Below, one piece after another: positions 40,440 to 52,809 of a DNA stretch of 64,000 nt. How positions within the stretch are numbered: position 1 is the stretch's first letter; every line of letters begins with the position of its first letter. The notes under the pieces were generated by a model. That model was not told the origin of the DNA. It searched no databases and was given only the letters and a program-made list of their open reading frames with translations. The position numbers were made by a program, and so were the translations under genes. The DNA is from Nemertoderma westbladi (Eukaryota; Animalia; Xenacoelomorpha): contig JAUCBJ010006404.1 in NCBI GenBank assembly GCA_032718475.1, forward strand, positions 1 through 64,000, written 5' to 3'.

Positions 40440-42420
40440 TGGCGGTCTTAGAACAATAACATGTTGGTGCCTGGGGATCAGCTGAGCGACCTTGTCCCAC
40501 AGGGGGTAGGCAAACTCTGTTCTCAGGTACCTCCAGGGGTCCCTTATAGTGGGCGTAGGCGACTGGGAGGGGGGGGGGGGGGGGGGGTAATGCTTAGGCC
40601 TCTGCTCTCCAGAGGTTTTGATTCCATCGGCAGAACAAGCCTACCCCTCTCTTTATGTGGAGGATGGCCACAAAAAGAGGATGAAGATCAGAATGGAAGA
40701 TGGGACAGTAGGTTGAAGAGATATTTGATAGCTCTACAACTCTGGCACCAGGACAGCTAAGTAGACTTCGCAGTAGAATAAACTATCATCTGTACAAATT
40801 AACTCATATAAGTGAAGGGGAGAAAATCCAAGCTGTAAAGGATTATAATTTGGGAAAAATTCGAGGGATGGACTTGACTTAAAGTTTAGTATAGGGTGCT
40901 TATTAATATGCAGTCCCACAAAAGTGGAATCCGAGGGATTGAATCTTGAGGATTCCATTAGCAATGTGAGTTGCGAGACTGAAGCGAGTTTAAAGTCTGT
41001 AGCATCCTCGGTTATCCTCGAGGGTAAAGAATTAGAGAAAGAGGAGATTTTGAGACAGGAGAAAATGAGACAAAGTGAATGGGAAAATCTTTAAGGCTCA
41101 TTAAGCCAAGGGATGCCTGTTCATCACCATGGGTGATCTTCCACAGTAAACCCTTCCACTAGTGATTCTCTCTGCTCTTTCGATATTGTAAACACAAAAT
41201 GAGACAAGAGTGGGAATTAGCTGCATCGGAGCAACAGGAGAGAGATAAAGATTGAGTACAAAAGAAGCAGAGAGAGGAGCGTTTCAGGAGAAGAGAGGGA
41301 GGAGCTGGAACGATACGAGAAGTTTCAGTGCAAACAGAGTTCGCACGCATCATGACAGTGAGCATGAGCAGCATGAGCATGAAGAACGTGAGCACAAGGA
41401 GAAGTGCAGCGTGAGCAGTGTGAGTATGAGTGGGAACATGAACAGCTTGAGTATGACGAACAGTAGGAACAAGAGAGAATAAACAGGGAGCATGAGAGAG
41501 AGGAGAGAGAAGCTAGAGTGAAAGTGGAAGTGGAATTAAGAAGGGAAGAGGCGAGAGAACTCGAAATAATGCTAGACAAAAAGAGTAAAGCGGCAGAGAA
41601 GTAGTTTGCAATACAGGATGAGATATCGAGAGAGCAGAGAGAATCGTACGTATACCCAGTAAGGCGCCAAAAGTATTAACCAAGCATGGTATTAATAGTC
41701 CCATAGAATGACCATTAGTAGTGAGACCTAAAGAAAGAGACCAACAAAGGAATAAGGATGAGTTAATACATAGGGATAATTACCTAACAGGTGGAGACAT
41801 ATTTACTGGACAAATAAATAATAAACCAGTTGGAACTCAAGCTGATAATGATGGTAAGGCAACGTATATTAATGACCGCATTATACCAGACCAAAATAAT
41901 TTTAATAACCCTAATTATATAACCGAGTAGGAACAATCAAATAAATAAAGATACAGTACATGTAGTACCGGTAGCATAGTTCTCACCAGTACAGTAGCAG
42001 GGATATATGCCAACCTTAGCGCAGCCCCTCTAACGGTACGTGCAGTAAGTTATCCTATAACTGCTGTAGTATGGTGAAAGCTGCGGCAAAAAGTGGTAGA
42101 TGTATTACAAACAGGTACGCGTCCAGATTTTCGAAGCGGCTAAATATGGGAAGGCAATATTCGGCCGAAATTCGCATGGTCTGTCAGAGTGGGGCGAGTG
42201 GGCATCAGATTCCCTGGCATTTGGCATTCTGTGGAAAGTCAATGGGAGCACCACCCAAGATAGAGTATAATTGGGTCATACATGCAGGAGTCACCGCACA
42301 ACACGGGCAAACAGTGCTAACCCATATGCATAGTCCTATCCCAGAACTGTAGGTAAAGCAGATCTACCCGAGCAACCTATATATCTGCATAGAGGGAGTA
42401 GAGCACCCCAATTTAACGCA
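40440..42420 (+). pseudogene. Decayed coding-like region, possibly the 5' part of an LTR retrotransposon (PBS plus E/R-rich gag-like sequence)
   Basis: ...ATAACA-TGT-TGGTGCC is PBS-like at about 40465. A purine-rich plus strand gives broken E/R/K coiled-coil-like translations at 40960-41700. No diagnostic domain. Confidence 0.3.
41074..41195 (-). mobile_element. 5'-truncated copy of the 3' end of the 43721 SINE
   Basis: Reverse complement of about 43908-43992. 12-bp TSD AAAATGAGACAA at 41062-41073 and 41196-41207. Confidence 0.85.
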
Positions 42421-42466
42421 GCATGGCACGATATGACACAAGATTTAACCAAACGGACATCAGTCC

Positions 42467-42634
42467 CGGGTCCCGGTCCCGTTCGGACCTTCATCCAATT
42501 CGGACCTTTTTCTCTTTCAGACTTTCGTCCTATTCGGACCTTTTTCTCTTTCAGACCTTTGTCCTATTCGGACCTTTGTCAGACTTTCATACTAGTCGGA
42601 CTTTTGTATTCGGACCTTCATCCTTGGATCTCCC
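42467..42634. repeat. Degenerate ATTCGGACC/TTCAGAC short repeats (possible foldback arm remnant)
   Basis: Recurrent (A/T)TTC(G/A)GAC(C/T)TT motif at about 15-bp spacing. Confidence 0.5.
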
Positions 42635-43720
42635 TGTTGGGTATTTGCTTTACGGTCACCACTTTAAGGTACTGTACATACACCGGGGTGCTGCACATAA
42701 TATGTCATAAAATACAATGCTAAATGCTTTTTTTAACTTCAATATTACAAATTGAAACAATTAGAAATCAACCTAAATGAGGATAATAGCGGTTAGAGTA
42801 ATACTACTGCATTGCAAATAATTGTAACACATTTTGTTTCTTATTAGTTTTTGTATTTGTTATGGTACGCGGTTGTTACAGTACAAATCCAATTTAATGT
42901 TTACTCTGTTCACAAAATAGTACAGAAGGTATCTCTCTCCAGCAATGTCTTCTTTATGGGTCTACTTGCAATCCGTTCTGGAAGACTGGTAAGGTCTGGT
43001 CTGGAGGCCACCATGAGACCCGGTCTGCGAGAGTCATCCAACTTGTCACGAAATATTTCCTGTAACATTTAATGTTTATTTGAAATTGAAGTTTTAGTAG
43101 GCTGTTAGTAATTATCTGTTATAGAACATACAAACTTTATTAAATTATTGCCTTTACTTTTTTACCTTACCTTAATCTGTTACCTTAAACCTTGGGCTTG
43201 GCTGCTACTAAGTTACCATTTTAGGATTTGCATAAGTAACATTCCGTCACCTTCAAGGCAGAACCCCCTAAGCCTATTTTTTTAGTTCGAGATAATCGAT
43301 AAAAACTGTTTATTTTTTAAAGAGATGCCTCAATTTACTTATTATTGTAATTGTGTTTTAACAACTAAATATACAGTATTTAGAATTCATAATAACTAAA
43401 CTTTCAATTTGATTTAGAATGGCCATTGATATATTTTGCGGTTTTATTGTAAAAATTCTGACTTATTTTGTTTTACCAAAATATGGAGGAACAACGTTTT
43501 CTGCCATTATCCCGTAACTATACGATAGTTTCGGGGTAATGCCTAGAAAACATGGTATCCTCAATTTGGCAAAACACCATAAATCAGAATTTTTACAAAA
43601 AACCAACAAAATATATAAAATACAGTAATAGCCAAGGCGTATCGTGCATCCTTGCTTATTTAGTGCGTAGTGCGCACGTAATACTAACATGTTTTGATGG
43701 GGTATTAATTGCTTCTAAAT

Positions 43721-43991
43721 AGCAAAACCAAGCAGCAGCTTGGTCTAGTGGTGACATTACTGTGCTTCCGATTAGGGAGCCTGGGTTCGATCCCTAGATG
43801 GGGCAGCACTGTTTGGGCACAGTGCTTTAAATGCTGCAGCCTAGCCCAACCCCGGCGTTCATCCTTCAGTGGAAGATAAATGGGAACCAAGGCAACTTGG
43901 GAAACAGAGTGGAAGGGTTTACTGTGGAAGATCACCCATGGTGGTGAACAGGCATTCCTTGGCTTAACGAGCCTAAAAGATTCTCCCATTC
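43721..43991 (+). mobile_element. Full-length tRNA-derived SINE
   Basis: A box TGGTCTAGTGG, B box GGTTCGATCCC and a (CATT)n tail. 13-bp TSD ATTGCTTCTAAAT at 43708-43720 and 43992-44004. Confidence 0.88.
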
Positions 43992-46234
43992 ATTGCTTCT
44001 AAATGAATTGGAGTTGAGCCAAGGCAATACCTAATACAGGCCATGACATGGGAGGCCTATGCAAAATTAGTGGAGACCGACCTACTTACTGTCAGACTCT
44101 AGTACGGTACTGTAGAACGGAACTAACAATACTACATACAGTAAACCAATAAACAAGTATCTGACTTCAGGCCACAGGCGCAGTAGTACCAGTCTCTGCC
44201 AGAGTGCCGGGCTGCCGGTAGGTCTACATCGTCTAAAGCTGTAACGCTAGGGCCTACCACTTACTGCACGTACACTATTGTCAGATTCTTCATTGTTATA
44301 GTAATATTGTATTACAGTATTAAAGGCGGACTTCTGTATACATACAGTTAAGGCAGCAAGGCCATAACATGGGGTCAATCTCAATTCTCAATAGGGGGCA
44401 GTGCAACAGTGTCTGGGGGAATGTTATCTAGGGTTTTTTTTTAATGGTTCCATTATTTTTTCAGACCGCGCCGAATTTTAAGTACCTGTAGACTCCTATA
44501 GTGCAGCAGTGCTATTATATTATTTAGATAGGCTGATAGGTTTGGCCTAATCATAACGAGTAGTGGAATAGGCCTACTGGAATAGGCCTAGAGACAATCA
44601 GTTAATAACAAATAATGGTTAGAAAGTGCTCAGTTGGAGGATGTAAGTCTGGGTATGTGTATAGGTCGGATTGCGAAATTCCAAAATCAATTCCTATTTA
44701 TCGCTTTCCATCTGATGATCTTTCGATCCTGCAGGCAATGGCTCGCGGTTTTGCCAAATATTATAAACTTATTATCAAGATGTTACAACAAATTATGGAA
44801 TTTGCCGTCTTCATTGGCCAGAGAACGACTCGCTTACACAATGGAAGAAAGTGCGTGGAGGTTTGCTTGTACCTAATGAACCACCGAGTGTATTCACAAA
44901 CGTTCCTGCCTTCTTTATTCCCACACCTACATCTGCTCGTTCTACTGTCAGAATGCATTTAGAAGTTCGCTTTCCCCCATTGGACGAATTGGAAGAATTT
45001 GAGAAGAAACATGTTGATTTGGATGATCGTTTTCTGAAAGAAGTTTCTGATCGGTTTGATGGGGTTACAACCTTAGGTTTAGGGGAAAGTGGGTATGGGA
45101 TTGCTTCGAGACATAGAACTGGTTGTGTGTTTGACTGGAGCATTTTTATAAATCCAACGGGTCATTTTGAAATATACTCTCAATTGGAGCTGATAAAATC
45201 TTCTATTTCCTTAAATCAAATTAAGCGTTGGAGTGAATTAGAGGCAATTGTACATGCAGTTAAGCTCGCAGACAGAAGTAAATCCGACGACGTAACCACG
45301 ATATCCGATTCCAAAGATATTGCTTCTCTCTACCCCGGTCGCTTTGGATTTGTTAACCGGCAGATTCAATTGTTAAATAGTTCAAAAGCTGATAGGATAA
45401 AGAAGGAGCATCTGTACTCTACAACTGATATGCTCACATCATTCTTGTTCTACAGTTTGTCAAGAGCCTCATACTCGAAACTCCTTTCCGTGATTTGCTG
45501 GCCTTCTGTTAGAACTTTACAACATATAACATCTATGAACACCAAGGTTACAGATGATGAATTTTTAAGAAACTCTAATGATAAGTCAGTCAGCATTTTG
45601 ATTTCTGATGAAATATATGTTAAGCCATCCATTTTATACCATGGTGGAAGCTACCATGGGATTTCTGCTGATGATGATTCCAAGCTGGCCCGGACTGTTT
45701 TGGCCATCTATTTTCAATCTCTATTAGGAGGTCCACGATGTATAGTTAAACTTATACCGCTATTTGCTCTTGAGGCAAAGCCATTTTTAGTTGAAGATCA
45801 ATGAATTTCCTATGTAATTGACTCAATTGGTGGATATTGTTTGGGGATGATGCTAGACAACAACCGAGTTAATCAAGCCGTGGCTAAAGAATTATGTGAA
45901 GACAAAGCTAAACCGGGGTTATCACATACTCAATACAATCAGGAACGCCTTTTTTTCATTCTTCCAGACCCTATTCACTTGTTAAAGTGCCTTAGAAATA
46001 ACTTTTAAACAGAAAAGACCAGACAACTCCAGTTTTAGTGGCCAGGTGATCCTCGTATGATTAGAGCAGCTAAATGGAGTGACCTTGAAGCACTGTTTAA
46101 ATCTGAGAAAGGTAGTCTCTTGAGAATGTCTCATCAAACCCAAAAGTCGATTGCTCCCAGTAAGATACAATGACAGCAAGTATCACATACTCTTTAGGTC
46201 TTTTGTATTGAAACGGAATCTGGATTATGGTATA

Positions 46235-48136
46235 TGAAGAGGTCTAATTACTAATTCATGAAGATCTCACAATGAACATGCAACATAAGTATTCATTTGA
46301 AATCACTTGTCTTGGTCTTTCATAATACCCAGCTACTTTTGCAATATTTTCCACATAGCTCTTTTAATATAGCTTTGAAGACTTTAAATGTATAGTGCGA
46401 AAAACATGTATACTTAAATTTTGCTCCAACTTGGTTAAAATTATCATAAGTATGCCTATTACTACCAATACAAATATTGGAAAGGCTTTTGTACCCCTTC
46501 TTGATTTACAGGCCATTCTATTTTTGTCATTTAAGGTTTTCGCGAAACATCGCGATGTTTCGCAAAATATTGCGATTTGTGATAAACATTGTTGATTGTT
46601 AACAATGTGTGTGCCTATTTTTTTTGCATGATGTTACTTGTTAATCGGCATAAAAATGATTTTTAGTTTCAATCTTAAAAAATATCTTTAGTTTTTGATA
46701 CATGGCATGGCAAATTATGGATGGAGTTATCTCCATCCAGTGACTTACTTATTAATATCATACGTATAAACAGAAACACAATACATATAAGTATACAAGA
46801 CTAAATCGTATTAATATCATAAGTATAAACAGAAACACAATACATTTAAGTAGTATACAATACTAAATCATATCAAAATCAATACACAAAATTTAAATTC
46901 AATTTTAAATAAAACTTCTTCACATTAATCTCTACCTTCAAGAAGAGATGTACTATTTATATAGTCTTTTGTTGAAATAGAGTAAGTTCTGCCAGTTTGT
47001 GTTGTTGGATCAACAATGGACAGAATATCAAAGGATTGCACCATCAGTATGTCTGATTGAGAGGGATACACAAATGAGTTTGCAGGACCAGGAGGATGAA
47101 GGAAGCTTAGTTTCACCTACAAAGACTCTGGATATGTCTGGAGTACACATGCCAGATACCACTGTTTGTCGTAGATTGCCGTCAATTTCTGGATTTGTTA
47201 CGGGCCGTAACAAATCCAGAAATTGACTCAAAGTCAATCTCCTCTTTCTGGTGAGTTACAAAAACTTCCTTAGTTTCAGTTGAGTACGAGAACTCCTTCA
47301 CAGCTAATGCACTCAAACTAATGGCTTGAAATTATGAAAGCTTCGAGTACCTGGAATAGTTTTTGCAACAAGGAATCGTTGTTGGAGTGCTGTTGTTTGT
47401 GGTTCATATTCATCTTTGCTGATGTAAATAGAATGTATCCCTTTGATGTTTTCAACAACAAATTGGTGGAGCTGTTTTGGTGTCATTATTTGGTCATTGT
47501 ATGGTCTCTGGAGACTTGCTCGAGTAGCAAGTCTCTTTATAGTTCCACCAATCCCATCACAAGGACCTTTTCCATGTGAAGTGGAAAACCTTTACCATTT
47601 TACCATTTATTTGAGAAATATAACATATTTCTCAAATAAATGGTAAAATGGTAATCCCTAGCAGCACTGCCATGTATAAATAAAATAAAGATCTTTTTTG
47701 AGATATTTCAAAGTAAAAATCATTTTTATGCCGATTTACAAATATGACATAGTTAAACACATGCAAAGGGATAGTCGCAAATATTGTTAACATTCAACAA
47801 TGTATGTTGTGATCGCAATGTTTCGCAAAACATCGCGATGTTTTGCAAAATCGTCGAATGACCAAAACAAAAATGGATGTAAGTCACGAAGGGGTGCAAA
47901 AGCCATCCCAATTTTTTTATGGGTGTTAAGAGACATAATAAGGATAATTTGAGCCAAGTTTGAGCAAAATTGAAGTATACATGTTTTTCGCGCTTCGCAT
48001 TTAAAGTCTTTGAAGCTACATTAAAAGAGCTATCACGAGTAGTATCACGATATTATGAGAGAGCAAGACAAGAGCTTTCAAATGAATACTTATGTTGCAT
48101 GTTTATTATGAGATCTTCATTAATAATGCCTCTTTG
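46235..48136 (-). mobile_element. Internally deleted long-TIR DNA transposon, Sola2-like
   Basis: Diverged TIRs of about 450 bp, flanked by TATA. The minus-strand remnant at 46925-47590 reads FSTSHGKGPCDGIGGTIKRLATRASLQ...SFLHPPGP...DPTTQTGRTY. The superfamily call is from motif recall. Confidence 0.65.
47592..47654. repeat. Perfect 30-bp hairpin with 3-nt loop
   Basis: TTACCATTTTACCATTTATTTGAGAAATAT-AAC-ATATTTCTCAAATAAATGGTAAAATGGTAA. Confidence 0.93.
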
Positions 48137-49169
48137 TATACTTCCAGTCTGACCGCAAATTGGCGAAAACCTCAAACTTTGAGGTGGCATATCTCGTGAT
48201 TGCAAGCAGTTCAAGATCTAAAGATCTTTAGATCTATTTGGCATGAGTTACTTACTCTATAGGTACTAGCTCTCCACCAAATTTCAGATGGTAAGGATTT
48301 TTGCTATGTTGATCTCATATGGAATACCCCGCTTAGGAGTTGTTGAGCTCACCAGATTTATCTTAAAAACTTGTGGTATTGCTCAACACTCTTATGTTTT
48401 GCTTGGCAAATTCCAAAGCAATTTAATCGAAGAACTCTTTGGTTATTTTCGACAAGCAGCTGGTGGTAACTATTATTTGTCCTGTAAACATTTATTAGAG
48501 ACTGCAAGAATAGATCGGGCAAAACTTAGTATTTTAATTGATGGATATCATGGAGTTATTGAATCAGATGGGCAGCAACATGTTTGCAATTTATGTACTA
48601 CACTACACGTCTTAGCAACATTGAACTGCTACTGATGGATGATATCCCTGACAGTGTTGAAGCATTTAGCTAAGATGTGGAGCAGGTTGTTGTCTACATT
48701 GCTGGATATGTTGCCAAGAAAGTTCCACAATTTGCTCTAGAACCCGATGTTGTTAGTAACTACAATACGGACTTTATTAGTTTCCTGAACAGAGGAAAGT
48801 TACGATATCCTTCAGATCACCTTGTCAATTTGATTGTGTATTATTACATTTGGATTCAAAGCGTGGACTTATCAAAAATGTGTCGCGTGAGACTAAGGAA
48901 AGCCATTGAATTTCTTTCGGAATCATATGGCTTTGGAGCCATCCCAACGAAAGCGAGCAACATAATTGTAAATATATTTTTATTTAAACAATTATTGTGA
49001 ACAGCAAAAGACAACATTGGATGCCGAAAGCACAAAGAAAAATATGAAATTTATGTTCTGAAACCTACACAACTCAAAACTTATAATTATTATTATTGCA
49101 TTATTAATTTAAATATTATATGTATGTTTCCACAATTAGCTTCATTTAATATATGAAAATATTTTATCT

Positions 49170-49393
49170 GGAAGCAGGACAATTCGGTCCCGGACAATTC
49201 GGTCCCGGACAATTCGGTCCGGACAATTCGGTCGTGGACAATTCGGTCCCGGACAATTCGGTCCTAGGACAATTCGGTCCCATTTTTTTAGTGTTTTGGG
49301 ACCGAATTGTCCGGGACCGAATTGTCCGGGACGGAATTGTCCGGGACCGAATTGTCCGGACCGAATTGTCCGGGACCGAATTGTCCTACATCC
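49170..49393. mobile_element. 224-bp minimal copy of the 1019-2983 Mutator/Foldback-like family, opposite orientation
   Basis: GGAAGCAGGACAATTCGG...CCGAATTGTCCTACATCC. Exact 9-bp TSD ATTTTATCT at 49161-49169 and 49394-49402. Confidence 0.9.
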
Positions 49394-49932
49394 ATTTTAT
49401 CTGTGCGTGGTCACCAGCACTTTTCGTGTCTTGTCTAGGATCCGAAAACCGACACTTTATAATTTTGAAACATATTCGATTGAACTGATCAACTCAAAAC
49501 AGCCAAAAACTTCAAAAACCAAAATCTCCTAATATATGTGAAAATTTAACTTCATAACTTTTTTGACTTCTATCACATTTCGTGCAATACTTGGGGTTCT
49601 GAAAAGGACACGTTTATGTGACCTTATAATATGTAATTAGCACTCTAAAAAACATCATAATACCAGTATGTCTATGAACTCTCTCTATAAATGGAGAAAT
49701 TTTTTTTTCTACTAATAACTCCTTTTTTCGGACAACGTAAAAATAATGGGTCTCCCATGGAAAAGTAGCAAACTATTGAAAACAAAAATTGTCTTAAAAG
49801 ATTCTCTGATAAAAGTTAGGATAAGTAATTAAATTTGGTAATCAAATGGTACGCACTTCTATGGTTCCTAACGGTTCTACAAAGTCGGCCTCCGCTAATT
49901 TTGCATAGGCCTCCCATGTCATGGCCTGTATT

Positions 49933-50669
49933 TATGGCATACTTTTGGTATTTTAATTCGATATAATTTTATGACGGCCGATAAAGATACCAACATCTCC
50001 CATCACTAATTAAATACTGTAAATTATCGACCGTCGTAATTAAATGCTGAAAATTATCGTGCGTTGTAATTAAATACTGGAACCAGATCAACCGTCGTTA
50101 TTAATGTTGACATTATCGACCGTCGTAATTAAATACTGGAACCAGATCGACCGTCGTTATTAATGTTGACATTATCAACCGTCGTAATTAAATACTGGAA
50201 CCAGATCGACCGTCGTTATTAATGTTGAAACGAAATGTACGAAACGAAGGTGGGAAAACGGCAGGGCAGTACGGTAATTAATCATATTAATTACCTACTG
50301 CAGCACCACACCGGTGCGGTACAGTACAGCAGTACCCAAATTTAGGCCTATTGCAGGACATAATTCAAATATCCCGCCCATTCATGCTATCATAGCAACA
50401 ACAACAGCTATTAATTACGACGGTCGATAATGTCAACATTAATAACGACGGTCGATCTGGTTCCATTATTTAATTACGACGGTCGATAATGTCAACATTA
50501 ATAACGACGGTCGATCTGGTTCCAGTATTTAATAACGACGCACGATAATTATCAGCATTTAATTATGACGGTCGATAATTTACAGTATTTAATTAGTGAC
50601 GTTCGATGTTGGTAGCTTTATCGGCCGTCATAAAATTATATCGAATTAAAATACCAAAAGTATGCCATA
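49933..50669. mobile_element. IS3EU-type MITE inserted in the right TIR of the P element
   Basis: TIR TATGGCATACTTTTGGTATTTTAATTCG / ...AAAAGTATGCCATA. 6-bp TSD TGTATT at 49927-49932 and 50670-50675. Subterminal tandem repeats of about 29-30 bp. Confidence 0.85.
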
Positions 50670-50821
50670 TGTATTAGGTATCGCCTTGAGTTGAGCTGTT
50701 AAGCAACTGTAATTAAAGATGTAATATTATGGTTTTGTTCAGAAGTGAAAAAATGAGAAAGCGCGTCACCGTGGGTTGCTTCTAAATTAAGTATTGTACT
50801 GTGGTTAGAAACATATACCAT

Positions 50822-51582
50822 AAGTTGAACAAAATGTAGCCACATGCAGAACTATAAGTACAAAATTTAGATTCAAGTGGAACATTAATGAGGGACACAT
50901 ATTAATCAGGGGGACAAATATTAATGAGGGACACATATTAATATATCAATACAAGTTGAACAAAATGTAGCCACATGCAGAACTATAAGTACAACATTTA
51001 GATTCAAGTGGAACATTAATGAGGGACACATTAATCAGGGGTCAAATATTAATGAGGGACACATATTAATGAGAGGGAGAAACATGAATGAGGGACACAA
51101 ACATTAATGAGGGACACATTTTAATCAGGGGGACAAATATTAATGAGGGACACATATTAATCAGTGGGACAAATATTAATGAGGGACATATATTTATCAA
51201 AGGGACAAGCATTAATGAGGGACACAAACATTAATAAGGGACAAAAACATTAATGAGGTACACATTTATTCAGGGGGACAAAGATTAATGAGGGACACAT
51301 ATTAATCAGTGGGACAAATATTAATGAAGGACATATATTAATCGGAAGGACAAACAATAATGAGGGACACAAACATTAATGATGGACACATTTAAATCAG
51401 GGGGACAAATATTAATGAGGGACACATATTAATCAGTTGGACAAATATTAATCAGAGGGACAAACATTAATGAGGGACACAAACATTAATGAGGAACACA
51501 TTTTAATCAGGGGGAAAAATATTAAGGAGTCACTCATCAATCAGTGGGACACATATTAATCAGTAGGACAAACATTCATGAG
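50822..51582. repeat. About 130-bp direct duplication followed by a degenerate 17-20-bp minisatellite
   Basis: AAGTTGAACAAAATGTAGCC... at 50822 and 50953, followed by ATTAAT(G/C)AGGGACA(C/A)A units. Confidence 0.85.
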
Positions 51583-52029
51583 TGTGATAGGATCTGAGTT
51601 GGCGCATGATCCCGACCGGTGTATTTGTGTCGTGTTAAGTATGCGTCGTCGCATTTTAGAGACTGCAGAGGCTGAAAGGCCGTAGGCCAGTATATAACAA
51701 AAGAGTTTATGGTTTATCATTGTTAATAATAGCTGATATATAAGTAGTGGTAAATTATAGCATAATCAGTATATAGCACTGGTGATGACAGTCCAAAACC
51801 GACCGACTTCCACAGTAATTAATAGCCAACTGAACACAATTAATATTGGGTAACAGATTTATACAGATTGCAATGAAAGCTTATTACACATTCCTACCTA
51901 CATGTCGACCTACCAATAGATACGCGTTTACTGGCCATGTGCTGCCCCGCTATTGGTTGGTTTTCTCCCCCTGCCACTCCCTGTTCCCTTTGGCCCTATG
52001 CTAGCATCCTCCCTGAGATGAGTTATTAA

Positions 52030-52600
52030 CTATCTCCAAGCTAGCATCACATTGCCTCATATTCCTTCTCAGTATGCAATACTATATTGGGAAATGGATA
52101 TTGCATACCCGGGTGTGATTCGTAAATCACTATGTCCCCCATTCTCTCACTAGGTGGTGTGGAGCGGATGGATCAGCTAACACTCCCCCCCCATGCTATC
52201 TTCCTGGTGAGAAGATACCATCAACCAATACGTGCGCTCCATCCGGCTGGTATCCAATCTAATATTGGATGTGGGGTGGAAATATATTCTCTGGGGCCAG
52301 TTTTCCAGTCTGGCCCCACTGGGTCTGGTCTCACTACCCATCCTTGGTGAATCTGCGAGCTAAGCTGTACCAAGGCGTGTGGCGTCTCTATTTAGACAAT
52401 TGCCCTTCTTCCTCACTCAACTTTAACTATCATCCAATCTCCTCACCTCATTAGTCCCATAGGACTCATCCTCTACCCGGCTCGCTCCCCACAGTTTAAA
52501 TTTCACGATCTCTATCCTTCCTTGAACCCTTGTCTCTCATCACATCTCTCATACTCCAACCCCTTACTATTCCCCTTACTATTCTCATTCTTTCACTCCT
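52030..52600 (-). pseudogene. Second decayed coding-like segment
   Basis: The minus frame reads HQGWVVRPDPVGPDWKTGPREYISTPHPILDWIPAGWSARIG*WYLLTRK...GDIVIYESHPGMQYPFPNIVLHTEKEY, with TGA stops. Confidence 0.35.
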
Positions 52601-52809
52601 GTCGGTTCTCACGATCTCACATACGTATACGTTATATATGATAAGTGAGTTCCATCGTTGTCTCGTCCTCTTGTTTCAGTCAATAAGTCCCCCATCCCAG
52701 TAGCTAATTGAGAAAGGTTATATCTGACAATAGTATATGCATGGTGTTTATATTTCGAGTCTACGTAATATTGCATCTTTTGATTAATTTGTATTACATA
52801 TTAATTCTA

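Larger units (their letters stand above)
44615..49000 (+). pseudogene. THAP9/P-type transposase pseudogene
   Basis: THAP domain (MVRKCSVGGC...YRFP...RQWL...ICRLHW...PPSVF), then SDEIYVKP, MLDNNRVN, DPIHLLKCLRNN, FQSNLIEELFGYFRQAAGGNY and YIAGYVAKK. Frameshifts, stops and a 1.9-kb insertion disrupt it. Confidence 0.88.
44020..50688 (+). mobile_element. P-element superfamily DNA transposon (decayed, with nested insertions)
   Basis: TIR CAAGGCAATACCTAATACAGGCCATGACATGGGAGGCCTATGCAAAATTAG, with the right TIR split by an insertion. Exact 8-bp TSD AGTTGAGC at 44012-44019 and 50689-50696. THAP plus transposase ORF fragments inside. Confidence 0.92.

Noticed and set aside
43731-43806. tRNA gene
   Set aside because: A and B boxes are present but there is no convincing cloverleaf, and it is the head of a TSD-flanked SINE. 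The head at about 7704-7775 is likewise part of a SINE.
51583-51795. Possible LTR (TG...CA) followed by PBS-like TGGTGA
   Set aside because: No second LTR or plus-strand gag/pol was found in the window.
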